From a virus (Duplodnaviria > Caudoviricetes), in the IMG/VR virus record IMGVR_UViG_2974513674_000001, positions 1 to 64,000 of that record: 64,000 bases of DNA; one strand, given 5' to 3'. Shown here in pieces: positions 45,643 through 56,900 of the stretch (positions are counted from its first letter, which is position 1; each line of letters starts with the position of its first letter). The translations under genes and the position numbers were made by a program. The notes under the pieces were generated by a model, which made no database searches, had not been told where the DNA came from, and saw only the letters and a program-made list of their open reading frames with translations.

Positions 45643-46749
45643 ATGGCCGGCGCAAAGGATGACTCCGAGATTGAAGACCTGCTGGACATGGTTGACATGG
45701 AGGACTTCCTGAGCGTCGAAAGCATTGATTACCGGGTCACTCGCGGGCGATCCGGTACTCAGCTCAACCTGAAGGAGTGCCCTCGCTGCGGGGGTCGCGA
45801 CTGGAAGGTCTACCTGAACGCCGATACAGGGCTGGGCAGTTGCTTTCATGGCTCATGCTCAGGAGAGCCTGGCTTCAACAAGTACAGCTTCATCCATCAC
45901 CTCAACGACAAGTCACACCGGGAAACCATCAACGCTCTCAAGCGTTACGCGAAGACCCTGGGCTGGTCGTCAACCCGCAAGCGCGCCCCGCGCCCCGCAG
46001 ACGAGAACCCCGATGAAATCAGCATCCCAGAAAGCTACCCTCTTCCCATTAACGGGAAGACCCTCAAGTATCTGTCGGCTCGCGGATTTGGTAGTGAGCT
46101 TGCCGAATACTTCGGCTGGCGATACAGCAAGCACGGGGTCTACAGCTACACTCTGGGTGGTGAAGAGAAGACCCAGGACTGGGCAAACCGAGTCGTCATT
46201 CCGGTTTATGGAATCGACGGCAATCTTGTAACCTTCCAGGGCCGCTCGACCGAAGCGAACCCGTTTCAGAAGTACCTGTTCCCACCTGGCCTCGCAGGCG
46301 CCGGTCGGTTCATCTACAACGCCCACAATGCACTCGGCAAGAAGGAGGTCGTGTTGGGCGAAGGTGCGTTCGACGTGGCTGCAATCAAGAAGGCGTTCGA
46401 CGAAGACATCACATTCCGGGACGTGGGTATCTGCGGGACTTTCGGTATGCACCTGTCGATGGCTGAGTCCGGCGCAGAGAACGATCAGCTCTCAGACCTC
46501 AAACGCATGAAGGCTGCCGGCCTGGAAGAAATCACGATGATGTGGGACGGATCGCCCAGCGCGATCATCAACGCATGTAAGACGGGCACGAAGCTGCGCA
46601 CATACGGCTTCAAGGTCAAGCTGGCCATCCTTCCAGTGGACTGCGACCCCAACGAAGTAGAGACGGAGGTTGTTCGCCAGGCGTTCGTCAAGGCGAAAGA
46701 ACTGTCGCCGCTCTATGCCGCGTCGATCATGTCAAAATTCACGCTATAG
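45643..46749 (+). CDS. dnaG: DNA primase (Zn-binding plus TOPRIM)
   Basis: CPRC...CFHGSC; RVVIP..FQGR; EGAFD; WDG; DPNE. Confidence 0.85.
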   Translation: MAGAKDDSEIEDLLDMVDMEDFLSVESIDYRVTRGRSGTQLNLKECPRCGGRDWKVYLNADTGLGSCFHGSCSGEPGFNKYSFIHHLNDKSHRETINALKRYAKTLGWSSTRKRAPRPADENPDEISIPESYPLPINGKTLKYLSARGFGSELAEYFGWRYSKHGVYSYTLGGEEKTQDWANRVVIPVYGIDGNLVTFQGRSTEANPFQKYLFPPGLAGAGRFIYNAHNALGKKEVVLGEGAFDVAAIKKAFDEDITFRDVGICGTFGMHLSMAESGAENDQLSDLKRMKAAGLEEITMMWDGSPSAIINACKTGTKLRTYGFKVKLAILPVDCDPNEVETEVVRQAFVKAKELSPLYAASIMSKFTL

Positions 46750-46772
46750 AAAGACATCAGACAGGATCAGCT

Positions 46773-47546
46773 ATGCCACTTATTACCCCATACAGCCCAT
46801 CGGACCTGGGCCAGAAATGTGAAGTCATCAACGTGGCCTGGAAACTCGCAGGCGTTCGTACAGGGACTTCCGAGCAGGTCGCCAGGCATTCGACTGCCAA
46901 TACGCAGAACAATCTTTGGTCAACCTCGATGATCGAGTGCCGCCACCCGGAAGGTAAGCTGTGGCGTTCGATGTTCATCCCGATCACCGCATCAGGTGGG
47001 TCCGGGATGTCCATCACCTGGTGGGGTAAAGACGACCAGGTCAAGGGCCAGGCTCAGTGCAAGATTGTCAGCGAGACGGAATGGTACTCGGTGGTCAAGT
47101 CGAAGGCGGTCGCCAAAGGCTACGATGTCGAGACCTACATTGGCCGGTCAATCCCTCTGCAAGTTGGGCACAACTTCGTCAAGGAGCTGTCTGAGAACTC
47201 TTCTCTGCCGCAGCTACCTCAACTGGCATTCACCCCTGACCAAGCCTCGAACCTGTTCGCCCAGGGTCAGGGTGACAAGATCGGCGCGACCATCGGCAAG
47301 GCTCTATCCAACATCCTGCCAACCAACAACTTCTTCACCAACATCAACGGCAAAGGTCACAGCCTGGGAGCCCTGATGAGCGAAGGGCTGTCCAACGCGA
47401 TGACCACTTCCGAGAAGGATGTGATCGCCGGCCTGATGCGCGAGCTGACCGGTGACTTGAAGCCCATCGAAGGCATCAAGAAGGCCCCTGAGCCGCAGAT
47501 CGACCGCGAAGAGGTCTACGGTAGCGGTTGGGGCGCATTCGGCTGA
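46773..47546 (+). CDS. hypothetical protein with WGR-like segment
   Basis: ITWWGK...GQ...KSKAVAKGY resembles the WGR domain. Confidence 0.5.
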   Translation: MPLITPYSPSDLGQKCEVINVAWKLAGVRTGTSEQVARHSTANTQNNLWSTSMIECRHPEGKLWRSMFIPITASGGSGMSITWWGKDDQVKGQAQCKIVSETEWYSVVKSKAVAKGYDVETYIGRSIPLQVGHNFVKELSENSSLPQLPQLAFTPDQASNLFAQGQGDKIGATIGKALSNILPTNNFFTNINGKGHSLGALMSEGLSNAMTTSEKDVIAGLMRELTGDLKPIEGIKKAPEPQIDREEVYGSGWGAFG

Positions 47547-47563
47547 CAGCAAGCCCGCACGCC

Positions 47564-47594
47564 CCCTCAAGCGCGCTTGTACAATGCAAGCGCG
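47564..47594 (+). promoter_or_regulatory. CCC-class promoter, TACAAT in the loop of CGCGCTTG/CAAGCGCG
   Basis: CCC at 47564, -10 at 47580. Confidence 0.7.
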
Positions 47595-47617
47595 ACAATC
47601 AAACGAGAGAACAACCC

Positions 47618-48313
47618 ATGTCCGAAGTCAAAGAAGACCCGGAGCTGATCGCTCTCATGCCCATCGAAGCGAGCATGAGTGGCCGGAACTCCGTGTACAA
47701 CTTCTGCGAGCGACGCGGTCAGTCCGTCAGCTACGCAGTGTGCCTGCACACCATCCGCCGCATCGAGAACAACGACCTGCCCGCAGAGATTGCGGTCGAG
47801 TGTCAGCGTGGCTACTGCCACAACAACTGCATCGCCAAGAAGCACAAGGCTGAAGAGGTCGCGGCCGGGCACGCTCTGTACTTCAGGCCGCGCCCTCGTC
47901 ACATCACCGACCCGGTTGCAGTCAGCACCGAGAACAAGAGCGCCGGCGCAGTCAGCAGCGGCAAATACGATATGTCCAACGCGAGCTACGCACGCGGATG
48001 GGCAATTGGTGGCGGCGCTGGTGAAGTTCGTGACAAGCCGAAAGCGAAAGCGCGCCCCGCTCCACCACCGCCGAAGAAGAAAGACGGCTTCGTTCAAGAA
48101 GGCATGTCCGACGTCGTGAACGTGCTCATGAAAGAGCACGAAGTGAAGAAGGCAGCGCCCGCCCCGAAACCAGCAGCACCCAAGCCAGCACCCGAAGCAC
48201 CCAAGCCGACGGCAGCAGCACCCGCAGCCGATCTGACATCCACCCGCCCGCTGCCAGGTGAGTCCACTGCGGACTTCATCAAGCGCCGGGCAGCACTGAA
48301 GGTAGCAAAATGA
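47618..48313 (+). CDS. hypothetical protein (4-Cys N-domain, Pro/Ala/Lys-rich tail)
   Basis: Downstream of a promoter; coupled to the ligase gene. Confidence 0.7.
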   Translation: MSEVKEDPELIALMPIEASMSGRNSVYNFCERRGQSVSYAVCLHTIRRIENNDLPAEIAVECQRGYCHNNCIAKKHKAEEVAAGHALYFRPRPRHITDPVAVSTENKSAGAVSSGKYDMSNASYARGWAIGGGAGEVRDKPKAKARPAPPPPKKKDGFVQEGMSDVVNVLMKEHEVKKAAPAPKPAAPKPAPEAPKPTAAAPAADLTSTRPLPGESTADFIKRRAALKVAK

Positions 48314-49701
48314 ACTCGCACAACATCATGCACGCGATCAACGAGATTGCCGGCGCGTCCGGTAAGAACGACAAGATCGAACTGCTCCAGCGTCACATGG
48401 TCAACCCGGAGTTCCTCGAAGTCCTGAACCTGGCCCTGAACCCGTTCATCACGTTCGGTCAGCGCCCTGGTCGTTACACCGGCTTCGCTGGCACGTTCAT
48501 GTGGGACGAGAACACCGTCGCCATGCTGATGTCGATGGCATCCCGTGACCTCACCGGCAACGCTGCGCAAGCTGCAATGCAAGCAGAGTTCAGCCGGCTT
48601 GAAGAGCAGTCGGCCGAGCTGTTGTGGCGCGTGATCAACAAAGACCTGAAAGCAGGCTTCGGTGAGAACAGCGTGAACAAGGTCAAGAAGGACTTCATCC
48701 CGTCCTTCTCCTACATGCGCTGCTCGCTGCCGAAAGACGCGAAGCTCGACACCTGGCCCTGGAACACCGGTGCAATCAGCCAGATCAAGGCCGACGGCAT
48801 GTTCTTCAACGCCGACATCGACGCCTCGTTCGTCAACTTCACCAGCCGCCAGGGTCAACCGTTCCCAGGTGAAGGCTTCGAGGCCCTGGCCCAGAACTTC
48901 AAGGACGCATTTGCGCACCTGCTGGTCGATGATCATCGCGAAGGCATCCAGACTCACGGTGAGCTGCTGGTCGAAGACGAACATGGCCAGGTGCTACCGC
49001 GTGAAGTCGGCAACGGCATGATCAACAAGCTGATCCAGGGTAGCGCGCTGCCACCCGGTCACAACCTCACGGCGCTGCTGTGGGACGTCGTGCCGAAAGA
49101 GAACACCGGCAAGAAGGGCAAGTACGAAGTTCCCTATCTGCAACGTCTGCGCTTGCTCAATAGCGCTGTGGGTATGCTGCAAGCGAAGCGGGAACATCGT
49201 CTGATCAGCGTCATCGAAACTCGCGTGGTTCGCAGCTACGAAGAAGCGATGGCCCACTACATGGATGCCCGCCGCCGCAAGCTCGAAGGCACCATCGTCA
49301 AGAAGCCCACCATGATCTGGAAGGACGGCACGTCCAAAGACCAGGTGAAGCTGAAGCAGGAAGTTCCTGTTGAGCTTGAGGTCTACGGCTTTGAAGAAGG
49401 CAAGCCAGGCGCGAAGACCTGTCTGACGTTTGGCGCTCTGAAGACCCGGACCAAGTGCGGTCTGCTGAAGGTTGACGTGGGCACCGGGTTCAGCGACGAG
49501 CTGCGCCGCGAAATCAACGAGGCTCGCGAAGAGTGGATCGGGGCCATCATCACTGTGAAGGGCAACGAAATCATGGTGAGCAAGGACGGCAAGAAAGAGC
49601 ACAGCATCTTCCTACCAGTCTACGTCGAGCGCCGCCTGGACAAGAACGAAGCCGACACCTATGAGCAGGTCGTCGCCCAATTCGAGGCAGCGGTGAAATG
49701 A
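48310..49701 (+). CDS. lig: ATP-dependent DNA ligase
   Basis: KADG adenylation motif, HGEL, EGTIVK, KLK, VGTGFSD, FLP. Confidence 0.9.
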   Translation: MNSHNIMHAINEIAGASGKNDKIELLQRHMVNPEFLEVLNLALNPFITFGQRPGRYTGFAGTFMWDENTVAMLMSMASRDLTGNAAQAAMQAEFSRLEEQSAELLWRVINKDLKAGFGENSVNKVKKDFIPSFSYMRCSLPKDAKLDTWPWNTGAISQIKADGMFFNADIDASFVNFTSRQGQPFPGEGFEALAQNFKDAFAHLLVDDHREGIQTHGELLVEDEHGQVLPREVGNGMINKLIQGSALPPGHNLTALLWDVVPKENTGKKGKYEVPYLQRLRLLNSAVGMLQAKREHRLISVIETRVVRSYEEAMAHYMDARRRKLEGTIVKKPTMIWKDGTSKDQVKLKQEVPVELEVYGFEEGKPGAKTCLTFGALKTRTKCGLLKVDVGTGFSDELRREINEAREEWIGAIITVKGNEIMVSKDGKKEHSIFLPVYVERRLDKNEADTYEQVVAQFEAAVK

Positions 49702-49883
49702 GCCGATCTAACTTCATGATCGAAATCGCCAACAGCGAGCGCACCGAACCACGATTCATCACGGTGTTCGCCGAAGACGAAGACCACGCCCGCAGCATGG
49801 GTGAAGTCGCCGCCGACTCGATGCGCGAGGACTTCCACAACGGCCGGGAGTTCTATGTGGAGCTGGTGACAGCGCTCGAATAA
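49698..49883 (+). CDS. hypothetical protein
   Basis: ATGA coupling. Confidence 0.6.
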   Translation: MSRSNFMIEIANSERTEPRFITVFAEDEDHARSMGEVAADSMREDFHNGREFYVELVTALE

Positions 49884-49890
49884 CTACCTC

Positions 49891-49929
49891 ACTGGGAGCC
49901 GCGTGCTCCCAGTTCTATTCGCGCATAAT
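49891..49929 (+). promoter_or_regulatory. CCC-class promoter; CCCAG forms the 3' arm of the ACTGGGAGC/GCTCCCAGT hairpin
   Basis: CCC at 49908, CATAAT at 49924. Confidence 0.65.
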
Positions 49930-49980
49930 TCAACTCGTATTCAGACGCAATTAAACGCTAATTCAAACAGGTCGAAATCA

Positions 49981-52065
49981 ATGGATCGCACCCAACGCAT
50001 CGTCATCATGCGAGAGGCAATCACGAAGATTGCCCAAATCTTGACGGACAGCAAAGTCCTCGTCACCCAAGCGGGTGTGAAGGCATTCGTCAAGTACGAC
50101 GACCGCACGCACAAGGCAACTCGGGTGAACATCCCGATGATCCCGGACGACGCCAGCGACGAGCTGATCGAAGGGATTCAGGGCTTCCTTGACAGCGAAA
50201 TCTCCAAAGTCCTGTACGCAGACGGCAAGTCGAACCTGCGCGCAGCTCATGAGAACATGAGCGGCCTGTACAACCCGCTTGAGTCCTTCTTCTGCGAGAA
50301 GGAAATGGTCAAGAACTTCGCGGGTTCGCGCCACAACCTGGCGAACATGCACCAGACCTTCGTGGACAAGTTCATCGAGCCGAAGCTGAAAGAAGCCCTC
50401 GCGAACGGTGCCGAAGAGCAAGAGCTGTTCCAAGTCCTCGCGATCCCAGCACTGCGTGCCTGGGGCGGCCAGAAGTTCTTCATCGACTACATGAGCGACA
50501 AGTGGTCGCTGATCGCCGGCATTCAGAAGCAGCTCGACCCAGTCGCCAAGAAGATGCAGGGTATGACCAAAGCGTCTGACTGCTACGACATGGCGAAAGA
50601 GATTCGCAACGTCGTGATGGGCGAACCCCCTGAAGGCGACGGCGATAACCCGTTCGGTGACGAAGACCCGAGCAAGTCCGGTAAGGGCGGCGGAGGTGGA
50701 GGCGCAGGTGGTCGCGGTGGCAAGTCAGGCGCGAAGGGCAAGCAGCCTCCGAAAGCAAACAAGGGTGCCGGCGCAGGCGAACTCGGTGACGAAGAAGACG
50801 AAGACCCAAGCGCTGCCGGCGGTGGTGGCAAGCCCGAACTCGAAGACGACGAGAAAGAAGAGGGTGAGGACGGCGAAGAGGATGATGATGACCTCGACGA
50901 CGATGAAGAGGACGAAGGCGATGACGAAGGTGATAAGCCTGAGCGTCGTGAAGAAGAGTCCGGTGAGGGTGGTGACGGCATCAGCTCTCAGCAAGAGAAC
51001 CAGGGTCCGAAAGAGGACACTGAGTCCGCTCAGTCTGAATACGGTGGCGCCAACTACCTGAAAGACTTCGACTGGAACAAGACCCAGGACATCGGCACTG
51101 AGTTTGGCCAGTACGTCAGCGACCTGTGCTCCACTGAAATGGCTGAAGAGGACTACACCGTCTTCACCCGTGAGTGGGACCAACTCGAAGCTCCAAAAAT
51201 CCCATCGTCGTACAGCCCAAAATGGCTCGAAGACATGGAGAGCGCAATCGCGGGCATGGTCGGCCCAGTGTCTCGCAACCTTGAGCGTGCGTTTGCAGCC
51301 CGGAACAAGTCGCTCACCCAGCAGGGTCTGCGCAAAGGCAAGATGTCGTCGAACAACCTGTATCGACTCGTCGCCGGCGACGACCATATCTACAAGAGCA
51401 AGATCGAGCACAAGACCCGGGAGATTGCCGTGTCGCTGGTGATCGACTGTTCGGGCTCGATGGGTGGCTCCAAGATCCACACTGCCATGTGCAGCGCCTG
51501 GGTACTTGCTGACGTCCTGGGTCGCCTGGGTGTCGAGTGCGAAATCATGGGCTTCACCACCGGTGACCTGTACGCACAGCGGTCGAAAGACCTCTACAAA
51601 GAAATGTGCGACGAGCACGCCGCCGGCAGGGAATGGGACCGCTGCGAGCCACTGCGACTGCCGATGTTCAAGACCTTCAAAGAGAAGTTCTCCATCGAAG
51701 TCAAGAAGCGGATGGCCAGCTATGCGCACGTCCAGTCTTCGATGGCATCGAACATCGACGGCGAGTCGATCCAGTATGCCTACGAGTCTCTGAACCGACA
51801 CGCCAATCGGGGTAAGAAGAAAGGCAAGATGATGATCGTCTTCAGCGATGGTCAGCCAGCAGGTGGTGTATCCAGTGCCAAGCTGAACGCCCACTTGAAA
51901 GCAGTGGTCAAGCGGATCGAGAAAGACGGTACGAATATCGTCGGCGTCGGCATCATGTCCAACGCTGTGCAGCACTTCTACCGTAAGAACGTGAAACTGG
52001 ACAACGTCGCCGACTTGCCGGGCATCGTCCTGAATCAGTTGCGGGACGCGCTGCTTGCCAGCTAA
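49981..52065 (+). CDS. cobT: CobT-like VWA-domain protein
   Basis: MIDAS motif DCSGSM, GFTT, NIDGE, FSDGQP; long acidic linker. Confidence 0.85.
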   Translation: MDRTQRIVIMREAITKIAQILTDSKVLVTQAGVKAFVKYDDRTHKATRVNIPMIPDDASDELIEGIQGFLDSEISKVLYADGKSNLRAAHENMSGLYNPLESFFCEKEMVKNFAGSRHNLANMHQTFVDKFIEPKLKEALANGAEEQELFQVLAIPALRAWGGQKFFIDYMSDKWSLIAGIQKQLDPVAKKMQGMTKASDCYDMAKEIRNVVMGEPPEGDGDNPFGDEDPSKSGKGGGGGGAGGRGGKSGAKGKQPPKANKGAGAGELGDEEDEDPSAAGGGGKPELEDDEKEEGEDGEEDDDDLDDDEEDEGDDEGDKPERREEESGEGGDGISSQQENQGPKEDTESAQSEYGGANYLKDFDWNKTQDIGTEFGQYVSDLCSTEMAEEDYTVFTREWDQLEAPKIPSSYSPKWLEDMESAIAGMVGPVSRNLERAFAARNKSLTQQGLRKGKMSSNNLYRLVAGDDHIYKSKIEHKTREIAVSLVIDCSGSMGGSKIHTAMCSAWVLADVLGRLGVECEIMGFTTGDLYAQRSKDLYKEMCDEHAAGREWDRCEPLRLPMFKTFKEKFSIEVKKRMASYAHVQSSMASNIDGESIQYAYESLNRHANRGKKKGKMMIVFSDGQPAGGVSSAKLNAHLKAVVKRIEKDGTNIVGVGIMSNAVQHFYRKNVKLDNVADLPGIVLNQLRDALLAS

Positions 52066-52078
52066 ACCCCATAGCTTC

Positions 52079-52108
52079 CCCAAACGTGCGCTCTTACAAT
52101 GAGCGCAC
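52079..52108 (+). promoter_or_regulatory. CCC-class promoter, TACAAT in the loop of GTGCGCTC/GAGCGCAC
   Basis: CCC at 52079, -10 at 52095. Confidence 0.7.
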
Positions 52109-52155
52109 TCAAACGAAACAAGCAATTTCAATTTTAAACAAACGAGGATTCACCA

Positions 52156-53382
52156 GTGAGCGATAAAATCAAGTGCGAAATCTGCGGCGAAGAAGTTCAC
52201 AGCATCGCCAACCACCTGAAGACTGCGCACAACGAGGACTCGGCCAAGCCGATGGACCTCGAAACTTATCGCGCTACCTATCCGGGCGCTGAAATCTTGT
52301 CCGAGCTGGGCAAGAAGAAAATGGCCGAAATGAAAGCCAAGCGTGAAGCTGAAGAAGCCAAGACCGCTGCTGCGAACCCTGAAGCTGGCGCCAAGCCTGC
52401 TGCATCGACCAACCCGGACATCGCGAAGGTCTTCTTCCACGAAGTCTTCAAGTTCCCGAAGAGCCCCAAGTCGGCCTTCACCAAAGCCGGCACCGGCATC
52501 CCTTGCACTGCTGACGCCCGTGATAGCAGCGTCGATGGTCACATGATCCCGGCCTGGTCCGACAACTACATCCTGAACCCAGACCTGACGAAGACCGTCA
52601 TGATGGCGTTCGAGATTCGCACCCCGATCTTCCTGTATGGTCACTCGGGTGTGGGCAAGTCGTCGATCTTCAAGCAAATGTGTGCCGGCCTGAACCGCCG
52701 TCTGTTCCGCTTCCAGCACACCGTTGACACCGAAGAGTCGCACATCGTTGGTCAGTGGGTCGTCAAGCCTCACATCAACCCGGATGGCTCTGCTGTATCG
52801 GTCACTGAGTTCGAGCTGGGTCCATTGCCAATGGCCATGCTCAACGGCTGGACCTACCTGGCTGACGAAATCGACCGTTCGTCTCCGACTGTTCTGTCCG
52901 CGTATCAAGCGATTCTCGAAGGCGAGCCGCTGATCATCAAGAACGCCCCTGCTCACCTTCGTGTGATCAAGCCGCACCCGCTGTTCGCGTTCGCTGCAAC
53001 TGGTAACACCAACGGCACCGGTGACCAATCCGGTCTGTACCAAGCAACTCTGACCCAAGACGCCGCGACCATCGAGCGTTTCGGTGTTGTAGCGATGGTG
53101 GACTACCCACCAGAGAAGCAAGAAATCGCCATGATCGCAGCAGCGACTGGTCTGTCCGAAGCTGACGCGAAGCGTATTCGCCAGTTCGCTGACGAGATTC
53201 GCACCAAGTCGTTCCCGAACATCGTGTCGCTCACCATCGGCCCGCGTGTTGCGATCAACATCGCTCGCATCGGCATGATGAAGGCTGACTTCGTAGAAGG
53301 CGCGCTGTATGCCTACTGCAACCGTCTGCCTGAAGCTGAGAAAGAAGCAGCACTGGGTGTCGCGAAGCGTATCCTGGCGTAA
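52156..53382 (+). CDS. cobS: CobS/MoxR-like AAA+ ATPase with N-terminal C2H2 zinc finger
   Basis: CEIC...HLKTAH; GHSGVGKS; LADEID; ATGNTNG; ERF. Confidence 0.85.
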   Translation: MSDKIKCEICGEEVHSIANHLKTAHNEDSAKPMDLETYRATYPGAEILSELGKKKMAEMKAKREAEEAKTAAANPEAGAKPAASTNPDIAKVFFHEVFKFPKSPKSAFTKAGTGIPCTADARDSSVDGHMIPAWSDNYILNPDLTKTVMMAFEIRTPIFLYGHSGVGKSSIFKQMCAGLNRRLFRFQHTVDTEESHIVGQWVVKPHINPDGSAVSVTEFELGPLPMAMLNGWTYLADEIDRSSPTVLSAYQAILEGEPLIIKNAPAHLRVIKPHPLFAFAATGNTNGTGDQSGLYQATLTQDAATIERFGVVAMVDYPPEKQEIAMIAAATGLSEADAKRIRQFADEIRTKSFPNIVSLTIGPRVAINIARIGMMKADFVEGALYAYCNRLPEAEKEAALGVAKRILA

Positions 53383-53400
53383 CATCGGCAGTAACTGAGA

Positions 53401-53428
53401 AAGCAGGTCTTCGTGACCTGCTTTTTTG
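53401..53428 (+). terminator. intrinsic terminator
   Basis: AAGCAGGTC-TTCGT-GACCTGCTT followed by TTTT. Confidence 0.75.
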
Positions 53429-53451
53429 TCTTCATCGTAGGAGTTCGGCGG

Positions 53452-53994
53452 ATGCAATTCGATAAACCCGGATGTTTCGGGAACGCAATCACCTACAGCG
53501 TCAAGTCCAAGTCATGCCAGGAGTGCGAAGAGAGCCACTCATGCGCTCTGGCAGCCCGTCAGCGGATCGAAGAGCTTCGATCCCTCATCAGCGTAGAGGC
53601 GATCCTCAAAATGTCCCACAAGAGCCCGGAGAAGCCTGTAGAGAAGACCAGGTTCGACGCTGACTTGCCTGAGACAGCCCAGAAACTAATCGCTATGCTT
53701 CCTGACAACGCGCAGCGCACAGCAGCGCAGTTACTCAGGCTGAAGGTGAACTTCAGAAAGCACCTGATCGAAGGCATCAACCCGATCAAGAACCAGAAGC
53801 CGCTCGCGGTAGCCGTTCTGTTCGACCTGCTTCTGAAAGGGCCAGTAGAACGCATCACCTATCTGTTGGAGCTGAAGAATGTTCTCGGACACAGCCCGGC
53901 AGTAGCAGCAAGTCAAGCCGCAATTGGGGTCGCTGTCGTCGTGGGGCTGGGTATTGCCAAACGCGAAGGCGAGAATCTGATTATCAGGAGATAG
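53452..53994 (+). CDS. hypothetical protein with N-terminal Cys cluster
   Basis: PGCFG...CQECEESHSC; AGGAG RBS. Confidence 0.7.
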   Translation: MQFDKPGCFGNAITYSVKSKSCQECEESHSCALAARQRIEELRSLISVEAILKMSHKSPEKPVEKTRFDADLPETAQKLIAMLPDNAQRTAAQLLRLKVNFRKHLIEGINPIKNQKPLAVAVLFDLLLKGPVERITYLLELKNVLGHSPAVAASQAAIGVAVVVGLGIAKREGENLIIRR

Positions 53995-53995
53995 A

Positions 53996-56900
53996 ATGAA
54001 CAACCTCTTAGGGGCCAAGACCCACTTTAGTCTCGGCGAATCCATCTACGACCCGGAAGCCCTCGTCAAAAAGGCAGAGCTTGCCGGGTACGATGGCATT
54101 GTCGTGACCGATGTCGAATCAATCGACTCGATGCCAATCCTGGCGGGCAAGGCGAAGGGCCTGCAAGTAGGACTGGGCGTGCAAATCTCAGTCGTCCAAG
54201 ACCTGACCTGGGTCGCAGCCAAACGGGGCGAGCCCAAGCGCGCGCCAAACCCGTTCTTCATGCCCACTCTGTTTGTTCGGAACGATGCCGGCTTCGCGGA
54301 CTTGTGCGAGCTGTTGACCCTCGCCCAGAGCGAAGATCACTTCTGCACGAAGCCAAGCCGTATGCAGATCGACCTGAGCGAGCTGCTGGCGTTCGTGCAG
54401 CGGGGCAACCTAACGATGACGCTGGGAAGCGCTTATAGCGCGCTACAGCACAAGCAACGCGAAGCGCTGCTAGATGCGTGCTGCGATGTCTTGGACGTCT
54501 CACAGATGCTCTGTGAGCTGATCCCAGTTAGCAGCGCATTCTATGATCGACACAACTTCAACACGCTGAAGCTGATGCAGGAACGGGGCATCGAAGGCAT
54601 CGTTACCAGGCCGACCCTCAATCAGAAAGACGAGGTCAGCTTCCGCAACACGATGAACTCGATCCTGTCGCACGACAAGGTCGACAGCACCTGGCGCCGC
54701 GAGCCGCCCGAAGACCTGCACATCATCGAAGCAACCGAAGTGGTCACACACGTCGGCACCCTGATCGAACGCATGGTCAAAATGGGGTTCGATGATGACG
54801 CGGCAACGGACATGATCAATCAGGCTTGGTGCAAGAACCAGGCGTACTTCACTGACCACCCGTACAAGTGGTCGAAGATGACCCCGAGCCTGCCCGTCAT
54901 GTCTGCCAACCCAATGGCTGACATCGTCGCGATCTGCAAGCAAGGCTGGAAAGAGCGCCTGGGCAAAGAGGTGTTCGGGTACAAGCCTGACGCAAGCCTG
55001 CTGCCCAAGTACCAGGAGCGCCTGAAGTATGAGCTGTCGATTCTCCAGAAGATGGAGTTCGAGCCGTACTTCCAGCTCGTTCACTACATCGTCAACTGGT
55101 CGAAGAACGACGGCATCATGGTTGGCCCGGGTCGGGGTTCGGTAGGTGGTTCGCTCGTTGCGTACCTGATGGGGATCACCGACGTGGACCCGATCCGCTT
55201 CGACCTGATCTTCGAGCGCTTCATCAACCCGGAACGTATCGACTTGCCCGACGTCGACCTCGACTTCATGTCCAGTCGCCGTCAAGACATCGTCGACCAC
55301 CTGGTGAGCAAGTTCGGCGACGAGCGTGTCGTCCAGATCGCCAACTACAACACCATCGCCGGTGCTGGTGCGATCCAAGCGGTGGGCAAGGCTCACGGCC
55401 TGCATGAGAGCCAGTACGAGTGCTCGAAGCTGGTTCCGAAAGAGTCGGGCGTGCCAATCCCTCTTGAGAAAGCGGTCGCGTTCGTGCCCGAACTTGAGAA
55501 GCTGGCTCTGAACCACCCTGAAGTCTGGGCAGCGTCCGTCGGCCTGCAAGGCACCTTCAAGAACTTCGCCAAGCACGCAGCCGGTGTCGTCGTAGCCGGT
55601 ACTGACATCGTGGGTCGCGGCGTAGTGAACCGGCGCCAGGGTGTGGGTATCGTGAACTGGGACAAGCGGGTCGTCGAAGACTTCGGCTTGATCAAGCTCG
55701 ACGTGCTGGGTCTGTCCAACTTGGATATTCTCCGTCTCGCACGGGACTACATCCGCGAAGCGCACGCAATCGAGGTCGACTTCACCACGCTTCCGCTCGA
55801 CGACAAGAAAGTCCTGGACAGCTTCGCAGCGGGCAAGACCTATGGCGTGTTCCAGTTCGAGTCTGGGGGTATGCGCAAGCTGCTCAAGGAACTCGGCAGC
55901 GGGGGCAATCTGACCTTTGAAGACTGTGTCGCCGCAACAGCACTGTTCCGACCCGGCCCAATCCAAGCTGGCCTGATGGACCTGTACGTGTCGATCAAGA
56001 AGGAATTCACCGAGCCGGAGTATCTGCACCCGAACATGAAAGCCGCACTGGAGCCCACGATGTCTGTGATGGTCTACCAGGAGCAGGTCATGCAAATCTC
56101 CCGTGACCTCGCCGGCTACACGTTCCCAGAGGCAGACGGCCTGCGGAAGATCATGGGTAAGAAAGACCCGGTCAAGATGGCCGAGCAGCGCGACAAGTTC
56201 GTCGATGGCTGTATCGCTACGTCTGGATTGGATCACGCAACCGCAACCTTCATCTTTGAGCAGATCGAGAAGTTCGCTGGCTACGGCTTCAACAAATCCC
56301 ACTCCGTCGCGTACACCCTCATTTCCTACATGACCATGTGGGTGAAGGTCTACTACCCAGAGGCGTTCTACGCCGCGTGCTTGTCGATCTTGGACGAGCA
56401 GAAGCTCTCAGGGCTAGCCAAAGACGCGCAAGCGAACGACATCTACATTGTCCCGCCTGACATCAACCACAGCTCAGGGCGGTACGAGGTGGGCTTTGAT
56501 GCGGCACGGGGTCAGAAGATTCTGTACGCACCGTTCCAGTCGATCAAAGGCATGAGCGACAAGTCGGCCGCTGCGATTGTGGCAGCACGTCAGAAGCTGG
56601 GTCGCGGCTTCAAGAATAAAGCGGAGCTGATCCTCGAAGTGGACCGGCGCGCTTGCAACAAGCGTCACCAGGAAATGCTGGACAAGATCGGGGCATTCGC
56701 CAAGATCGAACCTGGCCAACTGGACGCCCGACACCCGGATCGGTTGCGTGACCAGAAGGAGCTGCTGCCGGGCATCGTCGTCAGCAACGTGAAGGCGGAG
56801 AGGGTGATCGAAATCACTGGCGATGTCAGCGCAGAGCTGATCCAGATCGTCGACGACTTCCAAGCACACAAAGGCTGCGACGGCTGTCCGTTCATTGGTC

